Part shown: positions 1-10,264 of the stretch, piece by piece
How positions within the stretch are numbered: position 1 is the stretch's first letter
Layout of the letters: each line of letters starts with the position of its first letter
Source: Candidatus Altiarchaeales archaeon
Lineage (GTDB): Archaea; Altiarchaeota; Altiarchaeia; IMC4; SCGC-AAA252-I15
NCBI GenBank assembly: GCA_014727915.1
Contig: WJMO01000005.1
Location: forward strand, 128,001 to 192,000
DNA: 64,000 bases
Direction: 5' to 3'
Notes under the pieces: model-generated
What the model was told of the DNA's origin: nothing
Databases searched by the model: none
What the model saw: the letters and a program-made list of their open reading frames with translations, nothing else
Made by a program: the position numbers and the translations under genes

Positions 1-2
1 TC

Positions 3-1802
3 CGCGACCAACCTCTTGACCGCGCGTCCGAAGTCTCTCATCTACTCTCCCGTTTCAGAGGCATAAAAGGCGTCATCTCGAGATATCACAGGACAGATTC
101 TAATTTTCTGGACGAGCTGTTAGGGGTTGATAAGATCGAGCCCAAGCCGGTTCCCCGCATGGGATACGGTGAGTTGAAGGACCGTGCTAGCAGCTTCCTC
201 TCCCAGGTCGAGGAGTTGGTGAACTCCAACGCCAAGAAGCTCGCAGACTTGAAGGAGAGGAAGGAAAGGATATCCTCCAGGCTAGACAAGCTTTCTCCTG
301 CCGCGGGCTTGGATGTTCCCCTCTCCCACTTCCACGAATCCCACTACCTTCACTCTACGATCGGCCTGATATCCAGGGATTCCGAGCAGGAGTTGGAAGC
401 TCAGCTTAAGGACAGGTTCCAGGATGAGTATGCATCAACAAGCTACGTGGACGGCGAGACGAAGGTCAACTCCTACTCTGTGCTTAAGGAAAGGTCTAAC
501 GTGCTCCAGCAGGTGCTGAAATCCAACGGCTTCGAGGAACTGCCGGTGGACGGTGGCTCAACCTTCGAGGAAACCTACTTTGACCTCCTCTCCCAGGTCG
601 AGGAGGTGGAAGACGTCATGGCTGCCGCTGAAACGCAGCTAAAATCAGCATACGAGGAAAGATACGATGAACTGCTCATATTGGAGGAGCTGCTTTCCCT
701 CGAGGAGGAGCGGTGTAACGTCTTCAAACGGTTCGGCTCCACTGAAAGGGTGTCGTACCTCCGGCTTTGGACTCCCCGCCGCGACTGTGACGCTACCGTG
801 ATTGCAGTCGACGAGGAAGCCAACGGATGCTGCTACACCGAGATCGACTACGACCCCGAAGACGCTCCCACCCTGTTGGAGAACCACCCCCTCCTACGCC
901 CGTTCGAGACCTTCACAAGGCTCTACTCCCCTCCCCGCTACAACCAGATGGACCCTACCCTATTCACGGCCCCTACGCTGGTGCTGTTCTTCGGCTACAT
1001 GCTCGGAGACGCAGTATACGGCCTTATCATAACATTACTGTCCCTCATGTTGAAGAGGAAATACGGAGCTTACTCGCGGAAGGTCGCTGACTTCTCATTC
1101 GTCCTACTATGCTGCGGCCTCTCCACGATGGTCTTCGGCGTCTTGTCCGGAAGCTACCTGGGCGACTTCCTCGCCGAATACGTTCTCAAAGTGGAGACCC
1201 GGAACATGTTCCTGGTCTTGATAGATCCCCTCTACAAGTCCAATGCGGTGCTGCTGTTGAAGGTGGCAGTTGTTGTGGGCGTGTTGCAGGTGATACTGGG
1301 CAACCTACTCGGCATACTGGACAAGATCCTACAGCGTGACTACCTGGCTGCTCTAACCGAGAACGGCAGCTGGCTCATAATGGGATCGTCTGTTCCGTTA
1401 GCACTGTATCTTGACACTACAGTCGCTGCCATAACCTTCGCAGTAGGGTTCCTACTCCTCATTAAAGCTAATGGTTTCATGGCGTTCATGGAATTACCCG
1501 GCATCATAGGCCGGGTGGTCTCCTATGCGAGGCTGCTGGCGTTGAGCCTCACCACCCCCGCAATGGGCACGGCATTCAACTTCCTAGTCGCCCTCTCATT
1601 CACTATCCCCGTCATAGGGCCGGTCATCGCATTTTTCGCTTTTATTGGAAGTCACGTAATGATTCTATTCATGAATTCACTAGGGTCATTCGTTCATTCT
1701 CTAAGATTACATTATGTGGAATTCTACGGCACCTTCTACGGAGGGGGTGGCGTGGAGTTCACACCGTTCATTGAAAAGAGGAAATACACGTCGAGGAGGT
1801 AG
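3..1802 (+). CDS. atpI: A/V-type ATP synthase subunit I (a), 5' truncated by window edge
   Basis: Frame open from position 3; PTLLEN..PFE..LY..P.Y..DPT, GYMLGDAVYG, essential Arg in SYARLLAL, HSLRLHYVEF motifs. Confidence 0.95.
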   Translation, partial: RDQPLDRASEVSHLLSRFRGIKGVISRYHRTDSNFLDELLGVDKIEPKPVPRMGYGELKDRASSFLSQVEELVNSNAKKLADLKERKERISSRLDKLSPAAGLDVPLSHFHESHYLHSTIGLISRDSEQELEAQLKDRFQDEYASTSYVDGETKVNSYSVLKERSNVLQQVLKSNGFEELPVDGGSTFEETYFDLLSQVEEVEDVMAAAETQLKSAYEERYDELLILEELLSLEEERCNVFKRFGSTERVSYLRLWTPRRDCDATVIAVDEEANGCCYTEIDYDPEDAPTLLENHPLLRPFETFTRLYSPPRYNQMDPTLFTAPTLVLFFGYMLGDAVYGLIITLLSLMLKRKYGAYSRKVADFSFVLLCCGLSTMVFGVLSGSYLGDFLAEYVLKVETRNMFLVLIDPLYKSNAVLLLKVAVVVGVLQVILGNLLGILDKILQRDYLAALTENGSWLIMGSSVPLALYLDTTVAAITFAVGFLLLIKANGFMAFMELPGIIGRVVSYARLLALSLTTPAMGTAFNFLVALSFTIPVIGPVIAFFAFIGSHVMILFMNSLGSFVHSLRLHYVEFYGTFYGGGGVEFTPFIEKRKYTSRR

Positions 1803-1808
1803 TGAAAC

Positions 1809-2294
1809 ATGGATTTATCAGCCGTACTGGATTATCTGGTGAGTGGGAACGTCCTGGCCGCGTTCGGAGCGGCGGCCGGGATGATACTAGCAGGATTCGG
1901 CTCTGCGAAGGGTCTTAGCATGTCGGGGAGCACTGCTGCAGCGTTGACTGCCGAGCAGGAGAAGAACTTCGGACCCATACTAATACTCGAGGCGCTGCCA
2001 CAGACCCAGTGCATCTACGGGTTCGTCATCGCCTTCCTCATAGCGAGCGGCATGATGGGCGGGGACATGACCGTTGAGAAGGGCTTCCTGAGCCTGGCAG
2101 CCGGTTTGACCGTTGGGCTTACGGGGTTGACCGCTGTCCTCCAGGGTTCCGTTGCCTCAGCGGCTGTGGGAGCCTTCGGAAAGAACAACAACATCACGAG
2201 CAAGGTCATCATGTACGTTGTGATGGTCGAGATATCCGCACTGTTGGGGTTCATAATCTCCATACTGATACTTCAGTCAGGCGGGGTGTTCTAG
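1809..2294 (+). CDS. atpK: A/V-type ATP synthase subunit K (c), 4-TM double-hairpin V-type proteolipid
   Basis: 161 aa, four hydrophobic helices, LPQTQCIYG and MVEISALLG motifs as in NtpK-type c subunits; GAGG SD upstream. Confidence 0.93.
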   Translation: MDLSAVLDYLVSGNVLAAFGAAAGMILAGFGSAKGLSMSGSTAAALTAEQEKNFGPILILEALPQTQCIYGFVIAFLIASGMMGGDMTVEKGFLSLAAGLTVGLTGLTAVLQGSVASAAVGAFGKNNNITSKVIMYVVMVEISALLGFIISILILQSGGVF

Positions 2295-2301
2295 CTGGAA
2301 G

Positions 2302-2856
2302 ATGGGTTACAGGGAACTCGAGGACAGGATAAAGAAGGAGTATCAGAGGGAACTGGACGAGATAAACCGGAACTCTGAGTCTGAGGCTGGCAAGATACGC
2401 GGTGAGGCGGAGTCTGCGGCTGAAGCTGAGAAGAAGCGGATACTCGATGCCGGCCGGCGAAGGGCGGAGTTGGAATACCGGCGGATAGTCGGTAATGCCA
2501 GGTTGGAGGCCAGGCGAAGGGTTAGCGAGGAGAAGAACAGCCTCTCTGAGAAGGTGATATCCGAAGCAATTGAAGCTGTGGATGGGCTTACTGACAGCAG
2601 GAAGAGGCAGTTGCTCGAGAGGCTTGTAAAGGACGCATCCTATCTCCCTGGAAAGCCGGTGGTGAAGGTTGAAAAGGCATATGCCAAGATGGTGAAGGGA
2701 AAAGACGTCAAGGTAGTGGAAGAGGATATCGGCGGCTTAGGTGTTCTCATAGAGTCCGAGGACGGGAAGATAAAGGTCGACAACCGGTTGGCAAATGTTG
2801 TTGGCCGTGCGAAGACCAGGCTTAAGCCTGAGGTTAACAGGATACTATTCGGTTAG
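2302..2856 (+). CDS. atpE: A/V-type ATP synthase subunit E
   Basis: N-terminal coiled coil, GGLGVLIESEDGKIKVDN, C-terminal ILFG; operon position. Confidence 0.9.
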   Translation: MGYRELEDRIKKEYQRELDEINRNSESEAGKIRGEAESAAEAEKKRILDAGRRRAELEYRRIVGNARLEARRRVSEEKNSLSEKVISEAIEAVDGLTDSRKRQLLERLVKDASYLPGKPVVKVEKAYAKMVKGKDVKVVEEDIGGLGVLIESEDGKIKVDNRLANVVGRAKTRLKPEVNRILFG

Positions 2857-2859
2857 AAG

Positions 2860-3867
2860 ATGGAAGTGGTGTTGGGCGGCAGGGACATTATGCTATCATA
2901 CGCCTATGGTGTGGTTTCAGGGCTTCACGGCCGGCTTCTGAAGTCCAGGGACTATGAGCTTTTCATGACTGCTGAGTCGGTGAAGGAGATACTTTCCACG
3001 TTGGAGAAAACATCATATGCCAGTGGAATTCGGCAGCTGACTGGCGAATACTCGCTTTCGGAGGTTGAGGCCGTCCTGTCCCAGAGCCTCCGTGAATCCT
3101 ACCTGGAGCTCAGCGGTATGGTGCCCGAGAAGGAGCGCAAGGCATTGGACCTCATCGTCATGGGAGCATGGGACCTGGAAAACATCAAATCCGCCGTCAG
3201 AGCCATGCGAAACGGCATTTCACAGGCGCAAACCTATCCTGTATTGGGTGTCATATCCGGTCAGACGCTCTCTGAGATGGTTTCATCTCCCGGCGTTGAG
3301 GATATGGTGTCCATGCTGCCGGAGCCCTACTCGACCTACTTGTCATCTGCCTCTTTGAAGGAGTCTCCTATGGGTTTCGATGAGGAGCTGGACCGAAGTC
3401 ACATAAGGCATCTGCTGTCCTCTACCAAGGGCGAGCTGAGGGAATATGTGGGCTTGCTCGTCGACTCTCTGAACTTGAGGGCCATACTAAGGTGCAAGGC
3501 GTCGGATGTAGACGCCTCCAGCCACGTCCTCGAGGGGGGAAGGCACGTCAAAGGAGGCAAACTTTATGACATGCTCCGGTCTGACCTGGCTTCAGAACCC
3601 AAGGTATTGGAGGGCACACCCTACCATGGGGCTGTCAGGGACTCGATCAAGGCGGACGGCGGAGTGGATTTCCCCTCCTTGGAGGTGGGGCTCAGGTCTG
3701 CCGTTGAATCGGAGCTCGAATTCAAATCAAAGCTAGAGCCGGTGAGCATATACTCCATCTTGTCCTTTCTGAATCTGAAGCGGGACGAGATGTTCCGTTT
3801 GAGGGCGGTGATCGCAGGCAAGTGGTTCGAGGTGGGCTCGGATGAGGTGAGGGTGTGGATAAGTTGA
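2860..3867 (+). CDS. atpC: A/V-type ATP synthase subunit C
   Basis: YAYG..GL..RLL, WDLENIK, D.LNLR.ILR, LEGTPY motifs; operon position. Confidence 0.9.
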   Translation: MEVVLGGRDIMLSYAYGVVSGLHGRLLKSRDYELFMTAESVKEILSTLEKTSYASGIRQLTGEYSLSEVEAVLSQSLRESYLELSGMVPEKERKALDLIVMGAWDLENIKSAVRAMRNGISQAQTYPVLGVISGQTLSEMVSSPGVEDMVSMLPEPYSTYLSSASLKESPMGFDEELDRSHIRHLLSSTKGELREYVGLLVDSLNLRAILRCKASDVDASSHVLEGGRHVKGGKLYDMLRSDLASEPKVLEGTPYHGAVRDSIKADGGVDFPSLEVGLRSAVESELEFKSKLEPVSIYSILSFLNLKRDEMFRLRAVIAGKWFEVGSDEVRVWIS

Positions 3868-4145
3868 GGAAAGAGGTAATTGTAGTCTCAAAGGAGGAGG
3901 AACTCTCAGGGTTCAGGCTGGCTGGGGTTTCAGAGGTCATAGACTACAGGGATGATGGCCTGGTCGAGCGTTTGATGGGCAAGGAGGCCATAATCCTCAT
4001 CTCCCATGAGGCGTTGGAGAAGATAGGGGGTAAAGTGGCTCAGCTCAGGGAGAAGTCCATAGTCCAGGAGATGCCCGGAGAGGGCGAGTACACACGTTTG
4101 AACGAGATAATCAAGAATACAGTAGGTTTCGAGTTGAAATCATGA
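3855..4145 (+). CDS. atpF: A/V-type ATP synthase subunit F
   Basis: GFRLAGV motif, C-terminal IKNTVGFEL, 96 aa. Confidence 0.9.
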   Translation: MDKLRKEVIVVSKEEELSGFRLAGVSEVIDYRDDGLVERLMGKEAIILISHEALEKIGGKVAQLREKSIVQEMPGEGEYTRLNEIIKNTVGFELKS

Positions 4146-5863
4146 AGGGAGTAGTCAAGAGGATATCAGGCCCTCTGGTGGAGGCGGATGGCATGCTGGG
4201 AAGCAGCATGCACGATGTCGTCAGAGTCGGCGAGGAAGGCCTTATGGCGGAGGTCATAAAGGTGATAGGCGACCGTGTCTCACTCCAGGCCTACGAGGAC
4301 ACTGGCGGTTTGAAGCCAGGCGACAGGGTCGTCAACACAGGAGAGCAACTATCCGTCGAACTGGGTCCGGGCTTGCTGAAGTCCATATACGACGGCGTTC
4401 AAAGGCCCTTGGAATCCCTTTGGGCCAGTTCCGGGGATTTCATAGAGAGGGGCGTCGAAGCCCCGGCGTTGGACCGTAAGAAGAAGTGGCATTTCACCCC
4501 CTCTGTAGGGGAGGGGGATAAGGTTGCACCAGGAACGGTGTTAGGCACTACACAGGAGTCTAAGGTCATCGAGCACAGGATAACGGCGCCTCCAGGCGTT
4601 TCAGGGAAGGTCAATGGTCTGAAGGAGGGCGATTTCACAGTAGAGGATGTCCTATGCTCTGTTGGTAAACAGGACCTTACCATGATGCAGCGTTGGCCTG
4701 TCAAGACCCCCCGTCCGGTATCATCCCGTTTAGAGCCCAACGAGCCTCTAATCACAGGCCAGAGGACGATCGACGTTTTCTTCCCCATCGCAAAGGGCGG
4801 GGCTGCGGCGATACCCGGCCCGTTCGGCGCGGGCAAGACAGTGACTCAGCATCAGCTGGCAAGATGGGTTGACGCCGACGTCATAGTCTATGTGGGTTGC
4901 GGCGAGCGCGGGAATGAGATGACGGAAGTATTGGACGACTTCCCGAAGCTGAAGGACCCCTACTCCGGAGAGCCGCTGATGGAACGGACTGTGCTGATAG
5001 CCAACACATCCAACATGCCCGTGGCGGCGAGGGAGGCTTCAGTCTACACGGGGGTTACCATCGCCGAATACTACCGTGACATGGGATACAACACTGCTTT
5101 GATGGCTGACAGCACCTCCAGGTGGGCTGAAGCCCTCCGGGAGATTTCCTCCAGGCTTGAGGAGATGCCGGGTGAAGAGGGCTTTCCAGCCTATCTTGGG
5201 TCTAGGCTCGCCTCATTCTATGAGAGGTCGGGGAGGGTCACATGCCTTAACGGTGCAACGGCCTCGACCAGCATAGTGGGCGCGGTCTCCCCGCCAGGAG
5301 GGGACTTGAGCGAGCCCGTAACGCAGAACACTCTAAGGATAGTCCGTGTCTTCTGGTCTTTGGACGCTAAACTAGCCGACAGAAGGCATTTCCCTGCTAT
5401 TAACTGGCTGACCAGCTACAGCCTATATAAGGACATAACAGACCCTTGGGTTAGGGGGAACGTCTCCCCTGACATGCCGGACCTCCGGGATGAGGCGATG
5501 GGCATATTGCAGAGGGAGAGCGAACTGCTTGAGATAGTCCAGCTGGTAGGCGCCGACGCCCTGCCGGACCATGAGCGTCTTGTGTTGGAGACTGCTAAGA
5601 TACTGCGGGAGGACTTCCTCCAACAGGATGCGCTGCACGAGGTTGACTCATTCTGCTCAACCATGAAGCAGCATGCCATGCTGTCCGCTATACTGGAATT
5701 CCACCGCCGAGCCGGTGATGCTATCGAATCAGGCTCTTCCATCTCGGACATAATGGGCTCCGACTTACTCGAGGGACTTTCCAAGATGAAATACCTGGAA
5801 GATGAAAAGTTCAAGGATTCGATAGAAGGACTTAAGAAGAAGATAGGGGAGGAGATGGGATAG
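4142..5863 (+). CDS. atpA: A/V-type ATP synthase catalytic subunit A (no intein)
   Basis: Walker [44 protein letters not shown]. Confidence 0.98.
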   Translation: MKGVVKRISGPLVEADGMLGSSMHDVVRVGEEGLMAEVIKVIGDRVSLQAYEDTGGLKPGDRVVNTGEQLSVELGPGLLKSIYDGVQRPLESLWASSGDFIERGVEAPALDRKKKWHFTPSVGEGDKVAPGTVLGTTQESKVIEHRITAPPGVSGKVNGLKEGDFTVEDVLCSVGKQDLTMMQRWPVKTPRPVSSRLEPNEPLITGQRTIDVFFPIAKGGAAAIPGPFGAGKTVTQHQLARWVDADVIVYVGCGERGNEMTEVLDDFPKLKDPYSGEPLMERTVLIANTSNMPVAAREASVYTGVTIAEYYRDMGYNTALMADSTSRWAEALREISSRLEEMPGEEGFPAYLGSRLASFYERSGRVTCLNGATASTSIVGAVSPPGGDLSEPVTQNTLRIVRVFWSLDAKLADRRHFPAINWLTSYSLYKDITDPWVRGNVSPDMPDLRDEAMGILQRESELLEIVQLVGADALPDHERLVLETAKILREDFLQQDALHEVDSFCSTMKQHAMLSAILEFHRRAGDAIESGSSISDIMGSDLLEGLSKMKYLEDEKFKDSIEGLKKKIGEEMG

Positions 5864-5864
5864 G

Positions 5865-7250
5865 ATGCCGGTCGTAGAGTACAAGACAGTGTCGGAGGTG
5901 AAGGGCCCGCTGATAGTCGTGGAGAAGACAAGGGACATCATGTACGGCGAGGTAGTGGAGATAACCGACTCCAAGGGCAACTTGAAACGCGGCCAGGTCC
6001 TGGACGCTTTGGATGACAAGGCAGTGATTCAGGTCTTCGAAGGCACCAGCGGATTGGACACCAAGGAGACTTCGGTCAAATTCCTGGGCGAGACCATGCA
6101 CCTCCCTGTATCTTCTGAGATGCTGGGGAGGGTGTTCAACGGGATAGGCAGGCCCATCGACGGCGGGGGGGAGGTCACCGCCGAGAACTACGTGGACGTC
6201 AACGGACAGCCAATAAACCCCTCGGCTAGGGAGTACCCGCGGGAGTTCATACAAACCGGCATATCATCCATAGACGGTATGAACACGCTCGTCCGCGGTC
6301 AGAAGCTCCCAATATTCTCGGGTTCAGGACTTCCCCACAATGACCTGGCCGCCCAGATAGCCAGGCAGTCGAAGGTGAAGACAGGAGATGAGTTCGCCGT
6401 CGTCTTCGCTGCAATGGGCATAACACACGAGGAGGCCATGTTCTTCAGGAAGAGCTTCGAGGAGACAGGGGCGTCCGAGCGGATAATCTCCTTCTTGAAC
6501 CTGGCAGACGACCCTGCGGTGGAGCGCATAATAACACCGAGGGTGTCGTTGACTGCTGCGGAGTTCCTCGCCTACGAGAAAGACTATCATGTTCTCGTGA
6601 TACTGACGGACATGACCAACTACTGTGAGGCCCTACGCCAGGTAGGAGCAGCTAGGGAGGAGGTCCCTGGCAGGCGGGGCTATCCTGGTTACATGTACAC
6701 CGACCTTGCCAGCATATACGAGAGAGCGGGCAGGATAAGGGAGAGGAACGGGTCCATCACACAGTTGCCGATAATCACCATGCCCGACGACGACATCACA
6801 CACCCCATACCCGACTTGACAGGCTATATCACAGAAGGCCAGTTCGTGCTCTCACGCCCACTATACCGTAAGGGCATATACCCTTCAGTGGACGTTCTGC
6901 CGTCTCTTTCAAGGCTTATGAAGACTGGCATCGGCCCTGAGAGGACGAGGGAAGACCATTTCAGCGTGTCAAACCAGCTTTACGCCGCCTATGCGGAGGG
7001 CCGCGACCTACGGGATCTTGTCGCGGTCGTCGGCGAGGAGGCGTTGAGCACCCGGGACCTGAAGTACCTGGAGTTCGCGGAGAGGTTCGAGGCTGAGTTC
7101 ATAGCCCAGGCCAGGGATGAGGATAGGCCCATAGAGGAGACCCTGGACCTTGGTTGGGAGCTGCTGGCCCTGCTTCCCGAGAGGGAGCTCAAACGCGTCG
7201 ACCCTAAGATCATGGACAAATACCACCCTAACAGGAGGAAAGATGGCTGA
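5865..7250 (+). CDS. atpB: A/V-type ATP synthase subunit B
   Basis: [47 protein letters not shown]. Confidence 0.98.
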   Translation: MPVVEYKTVSEVKGPLIVVEKTRDIMYGEVVEITDSKGNLKRGQVLDALDDKAVIQVFEGTSGLDTKETSVKFLGETMHLPVSSEMLGRVFNGIGRPIDGGGEVTAENYVDVNGQPINPSAREYPREFIQTGISSIDGMNTLVRGQKLPIFSGSGLPHNDLAAQIARQSKVKTGDEFAVVFAAMGITHEEAMFFRKSFEETGASERIISFLNLADDPAVERIITPRVSLTAAEFLAYEKDYHVLVILTDMTNYCEALRQVGAAREEVPGRRGYPGYMYTDLASIYERAGRIRERNGSITQLPIITMPDDDITHPIPDLTGYITEGQFVLSRPLYRKGIYPSVDVLPSLSRLMKTGIGPERTREDHFSVSNQLYAAYAEGRDLRDLVAVVGEEALSTRDLKYLEFAERFEAEFIAQARDEDRPIEETLDLGWELLALLPERELKRVDPKIMDKYHPNRRKDG

Positions 7251-7881
7251 GGACATAGTTGAAGGCACGCACCCGACCCGGATGGAACTTCTTCAGATAA
7301 AGGACAAGCTCAGGCTGGCGAGGAAAGGACATCGTCTGCTGAAGGAGAAGAGGGATACGCTGATGATGGAGTTCATGAACCTATCCAAGGAGGCAGGGGA
7401 CGTCGGAGAAATGGCGTCTGACCAGATGAAGGCTGCTAGGCACGCTCTTGCGGTCTCATCCTCATTGGCTGGCCCATCTCATATTGAATCCGCATCGCTT
7501 TCCGTTGAAGGCGGGCTTGCCGCTGAAGTCGAATACAGGAACGTGATGGGCATACAACTCCCCAAGATAAGCCTCGAGGAGAGGTTGAACGCCATAGATG
7601 ACCGTGGCTACGGGCTGATAACGACCCATCCATCAGTCGACCTGCTCGCGTCAGAGTATGAGCGCGCAGTGGACCGCATGATAGAGCTGGCAGCTGCGGA
7701 GCAGTCGCTGATTGCATTGTCCTCTGAGGTGAAGAAGACCAACCGGAGGGTGAACGCTCTCGAGTACAGGGTGGTCCCCCGGCTTGAAAACACCCAGAAG
7801 TACATCTCGATGAGGCTGGATGAGAGGGAGCGTGAGGGGTTCTACAGGAACAAGATGGTTAAGCGGAAGAGGGGTCTATGA
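7243..7881 (+). CDS. atpD: A/V-type ATP synthase subunit D
   Basis: [30 protein letters not shown]; start moved to ATG 7243 behind AGGAGG SD. Confidence 0.95.
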   Translation: MAEDIVEGTHPTRMELLQIKDKLRLARKGHRLLKEKRDTLMMEFMNLSKEAGDVGEMASDQMKAARHALAVSSSLAGPSHIESASLSVEGGLAAEVEYRNVMGIQLPKISLEERLNAIDDRGYGLITTHPSVDLLASEYERAVDRMIELAAAEQSLIALSSEVKKTNRRVNALEYRVVPRLENTQKYISMRLDEREREGFYRNKMVKRKRGL

Positions 7882-8291
7882 TGACTTGGAAGCCGATACA
7901 TTATGCGAAGAAGAGGGTTAAGACCTGTACAGCGGATTGCATGGTCAGGGATGCTGCGAAGATGTTCAAGGACGAGAACATGGGCTCATTGATAGTCACC
8001 GACGAGGAGGGCAATCACATGGGGTTGTTCACCGATGCCGTTCTGTTCAAGGCCATCTCCAACGGCTTGGACTTGAGGGCTATGAAGTTGGGGGACCTGG
8101 ACCTTGAGCCTATCGTCCGCGCCGACAAGAACGCCGACTTCGGCGATGTTCAGGGGATGTTCAAGGAATCCCCTTCCGGGCGTCTGGTATTATACGGGAA
8201 GGAGGGCGAGATAGCCGGGGTTCTAAAGCGGAAGAACGTGGAAAGGTTCGGGTTCTATAAGGCCGCTTCCAGGATGCTGAGGAGGAGATGA
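7878..8291 (+). CDS. CBS-pair domain protein
   Basis: VRDAAKMF...MGSLIVTDEEGNHMGLFTD and second degenerate CBS (RLVLYGKEGEIAGVL); ATGA overlap with atpD stop. Confidence 0.8.
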   Translation: MMTWKPIHYAKKRVKTCTADCMVRDAAKMFKDENMGSLIVTDEEGNHMGLFTDAVLFKAISNGLDLRAMKLGDLDLEPIVRADKNADFGDVQGMFKESPSGRLVLYGKEGEIAGVLKRKNVERFGFYKAASRMLRRR

Positions 8292-8560
8292 ACGCCTCAC
8301 ACCGCCTCATAAGGGCTCTGATCGGGGATATTGACTCTGAAGGATATGCTGCTGTTGAAAGGGCGTCCAAGAGGTACCCTGACGACGGGGAGTTCCAGGT
8401 CATAATCAAGAAATACGATGATGACCGGGATACTGCACTGCTGAAGGCGAGGTTGGAGAAACTCTACGAGTCCCGTAAGCTAACGGCAGGCGGCACACGC
8501 CTCCAGTTCAGGGACAGGCGGAGGCTCAAATCCGACAAGGGAGGTATCGAAGACTACTGA
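8288..8560 (+). CDS. Hypothetical protein (90 aa)
   Basis: GGAGG SD, ATGA overlap with the CBS gene, codon usage like neighbours. Confidence 0.65.
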   Translation: MNASHRLIRALIGDIDSEGYAAVERASKRYPDDGEFQVIIKKYDDDRDTALLKARLEKLYESRKLTAGGTRLQFRDRRRLKSDKGGIEDY

Positions 8561-9093
8561 CCGCATTCCCCCTCAGTCCAGGAGTCGATTTTTCCGCTAG
8601 CGCATGCGGCGCACCCATTACCGTATGTTACTCCATCGTCGCCGCAGACCGGCCTGTACTCCATCGTGCATATGCTCTGGTCCTTCTCCTCTTCAGTGCA
8701 GGCGTGAACTGGATTCGGGCATTCCCCCTTTGTGTATGATTTGACCTCTCCGCTCGAGCAGGCCGTGCACTTGTTACCGTATGTTACTCCATCGTCGCCG
8801 CAGACCGGCCGGTACTCCCTCGTGCAGGCTTTTCCGCGCATGTCTTCCTCTGTGCAGACTTTCTCCTGATCGCATTCTCCCTCGTATGCTACCTCCACGT
8901 CGCCTGCCATGCACTTGTTCCCGTAGGTCACCCCGTCGACCCCGCATACTGGCGTCCACTCCAACGTGCATGCCCTGACTTCAGCGTCGGATTCAACGGG
9001 GTTCTCCCGGCTTTCAGCTGTCATGCACCCTGAGGCAACCAAGACCACAGCCAATACCAGCATTTCCGCCTTATTCATCATTAATATCCTCAT
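8554..9093 (-). CDS. Secreted lipoprotein with three Kazal-type serine protease inhibitor domains
   Basis: Hydrophobic signal ending ASGC (lipobox); three C-T-x-E-(W/Y)-x-PVCG-x-DGVTYGN-x-C units; start at 9093 or 9081/9078. Confidence 0.9.
   Translation of the reverse strand: MRILMMNKAEMLVLAVVLVASGCMTAESRENPVESDAEVRACTLEWTPVCGVDGVTYGNKCMAGDVEVAYEGECDQEKVCTEEDMRGKACTREYRPVCGDDGVTYGNKCTACSSGEVKSYTKGECPNPVHACTEEEKDQSICTMEYRPVCGDDGVTYGNGCAACASGKIDSWTEGECGQ
8618..8818. repeat. Near-identical 45-bp intragenic repeat (Kazal domains 2 and 3)
   Basis: ttaccgtatgttactccatcgtcgccgcagaccggcc(t/g)gtactcc at 8618-8662 and 8774-8818. Confidence 0.9.
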
Positions 9094-9223
9094 ATTCTTA
9101 TTCTCCCCCCTGGCATATAAAAAGAGACCTTTTGTTTCGGTTGAAAACGAAAAGACCCCGCATTTCACTGTTTTTTATACTGTTTTCATATAATCATAGA
9201 CAATTTTCGAGGGTGATTTTACT

Positions 9224-10207
9224 ATGGCTAAGGTATATTATGACGACCACGCTGACTTGGCCGTCTTAGAGGGAAAGACCGTCGCCATCATAGGCTACGG
9301 CAACCAGGGAAGCGCTCAGGCTTTGAACATGAGGGATTCCGGAGTGAACGTCATTGTCGGCAGCATCGAGGACCCTTCGGCTGAGCAGGCGCGGAAGGAC
9401 GGCTTCGAGGTCATGCCCATAGCGGAGGCAGCCAACAAAGCCGACATAGTTCATATCCTTATCCCGGACGAGTACCAGAAGGCAGTGTACGACAAGGAAA
9501 TCGAGCCAGGCCTGGAAGAGGGCAATGCGCTCATGTTCAGCCACGGTTTCAACATAAGGTTCAAGAGGATCGTACCCCCCGGTAATGTTGATGTGATCAT
9601 GGTAGCTCCCAAGGGGCCGGGAATACTGGTCCGGAAGACCTACGAGGACGGATTCGGCACACCCTGCCTCATAGCTGTGGAGCAGAACGCGTCCGGAAAG
9701 GCTAAGGACGTCGTTCTCGCCTTGGCCAAGGCTGTTGGCGGCACCCGGGCGGGCGTAATAGAGACGACCTTCACCGAGGAGACCGAGACAGACCTGTTCG
9801 GCGAGCAGGTCGACCTCTGCGGTGGAGCCACCGAGCTGATAAAGGCCAGCTTCGACACCCTGGTGGAAGCGGGCTACCAGCCGGAGATAGCCTACTTTGA
9901 GGTCTTGCACGAGCTTAAGCTGATAGTAGACCTGGTCCAGGAGGGCGGCCTCGAGTACATGTGGACGAAGGTCTCCAACACCGCCGAATACGGCGGGAGG
10001 ACGAGGGGTCGGCGCATCATCACAGTCGAGTCCCGGAAGGCCATGAAAGACATACTGGCCGAGATAAGGGAGGACAAGTTCGCTGAGGAGTGGATCAGGG
10101 AGTGCCAGAACGGCCAGAACAACCTAAAGAAGATGCGGGAGGAAGACGGGAAGCTGCAGATAGAGAAAGTAGGAGCGGAACTGAGGAAGATGTTCAAGAC
10201 CTCCTAA
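9224..10207 (+). CDS. ilvC: Ketol-acid reductoisomerase (class I)
   Basis: [51 protein letters not shown]. Confidence 0.97.
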   Translation: MAKVYYDDHADLAVLEGKTVAIIGYGNQGSAQALNMRDSGVNVIVGSIEDPSAEQARKDGFEVMPIAEAANKADIVHILIPDEYQKAVYDKEIEPGLEEGNALMFSHGFNIRFKRIVPPGNVDVIMVAPKGPGILVRKTYEDGFGTPCLIAVEQNASGKAKDVVLALAKAVGGTRAGVIETTFTEETETDLFGEQVDLCGGATELIKASFDTLVEAGYQPEIAYFEVLHELKLIVDLVQEGGLEYMWTKVSNTAEYGGRTRGRRIITVESRKAMKDILAEIREDKFAEEWIRECQNGQNNLKKMREEDGKLQIEKVGAELRKMFKTS

Positions 10208-10264
10208 ACAGGGCTTCCCACCCTCTATTTTCCCCCTTATTTTTTATTAATACCATTCTATACC

